Below are positions 31,573 through 32,000 of a DNA stretch of 32,000 nt, piece by piece. Positions within the stretch are counted from its first letter, which is position 1. The number at the start of each line of letters is the position of its first letter. The translations under genes and the position numbers were made by a program. Source of the DNA: an uncultured archaeon. GTDB lineage: Archaea; Iainarchaeota; Iainarchaeia; Iainarchaeales; Iainarchaeaceae. Location: positions 1-32,000 of the forward strand of contig CAZNZM010000001.1 in NCBI GenBank assembly GCA_964577555.1. The letters are read 5' to 3'. The notes beneath the pieces were generated by a model that saw only the letters and a program-made list of their open reading frames with translations, searched no databases and had not been told where the DNA came from.

Positions 31573-32000
31573 ATGAAAACAATAATAATCAGAATGAAAA
31601 AAAACAAGCCTGACAAAGAAAAAATAAAAATTGCGGCAAAAATAATCGCAAAAGGCGGGATAGTGGCTTTTCCAACGGAAACTGTTTATGGGCTTGGAGC
31701 AAATGCATTAAACGAAAAATCTGTGGCAAAAATATTCAAAGTAAAAGGCCGGCCTGCCGACAATCCTATAATAGTTCATGTTTCTTCAATTGAAGAAGCT
31801 GAAAAACTTGCTATGGAAATTAATCCAACAGCAAAAAAACTCGTAAAAAAGTTTTGGCCTGGTCCACTCACCATAATAGTAAAAGGCTCTGGAATTTTGC
31901 CGAAAAATGTTACTGCAGGACTAACAACAGTTGCTTTAAGAATGCCTTCAAACAAAATAGCGCTTGAATTGATAAAAGAAAGCAATTGTCCTATTGCTGC
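31573..32000 (+). CDS. L-threonylcarbamoyladenylate synthase Sua5/TsaC (YrdC domain), 5' partial, runs off the window
   Basis: Not in the ORF track because there is no stop in the window. My translation is MKTIIIRMKK...GGIVAFPTETVYGLGANALNE...KGRPADNPIIVHV...FWPGPLTIIV...LRMPSN, which carries the YrdC hallmarks. Confidence 0.9.
   Translation, partial: MKTIIIRMKKNKPDKEKIKIAAKIIAKGGIVAFPTETVYGLGANALNEKSVAKIFKVKGRPADNPIIVHVSSIEEAEKLAMEINPTAKKLVKKFWPGPLTIIVKGSGILPKNVTAGLTTVALRMPSNKIALELIKESNCPIA

Noticed and set aside
31776-31985. 69-aa minus-strand ORF near the right edge
   Set aside because: It is antisense to the clearly recognisable Sua5/YrdC-domain reading frame that runs off the window.

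Overview
Low-GC archaeal chromosome segment made almost entirely of core information-processing genes; all but two are on the + strand. (1) 1-825 is an unusually long non-coding tract, and its first ~450 nt form an extremely A-rich degenerate tandem array. (2) 826-20128 is one co-directional, nearly gap-free array of 37 protein genes plus an intron-containing tRNA-Leu(UAA). This is the archaeal S10/spc/alpha-equivalent ribosomal-protein supercluster (rpl3 ... rps2), with aIF1/SUI1, RNase P Rpp29, secY, a DUF106/Oxa1-type insertase, rpoD and rpoN. (3) 20199-23757 is a small non-ribosomal island: a TrmB-like regulator, a multiply frameshifted mscL pseudogene (- strand), Glu-tRNA synthetase, an orphan 81-codon ORF (- strand) and a DUF4389 membrane protein. 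(4) 24084-30932 is the second conserved cluster rpl7ae-rps28e-rpl24e-ndk-dut-aIF5B-rps6e-aIF2gamma-PIN-rpoE'-spt4-rps24e-rps27ae, followed by a CPBP protease and the 5' part of sua5/tsaC. Gene identities rest on motifs recognised in the supplied translations and on canonical archaeal synteny; no database search was possible. I see no CRISPR array, transposon, integrase, toxin-antitoxin pair or recognisable defence or novel multi-gene system. This looks like an ordinary core region of a small-genome archaeon (DPANN-like, by inference). Worth a second look: the A-rich repeat array at the left edge and an inverted T-rich counterpart at 23.8 kb; the decayed mscL; a 71-nt intron in tRNA-Leu inside the operon; a K-turn-like fold over the rpl7ae Shine-Dalgarno; repeated loss of zinc-ribbon cysteines (L24e, L34e, aIF1, aIF2gamma); K/E-rich extensions on many ribosomal proteins, including a 63-aa N-extension on uL23; and absence of adk/cmk/rpoK/eno from their usual slots.
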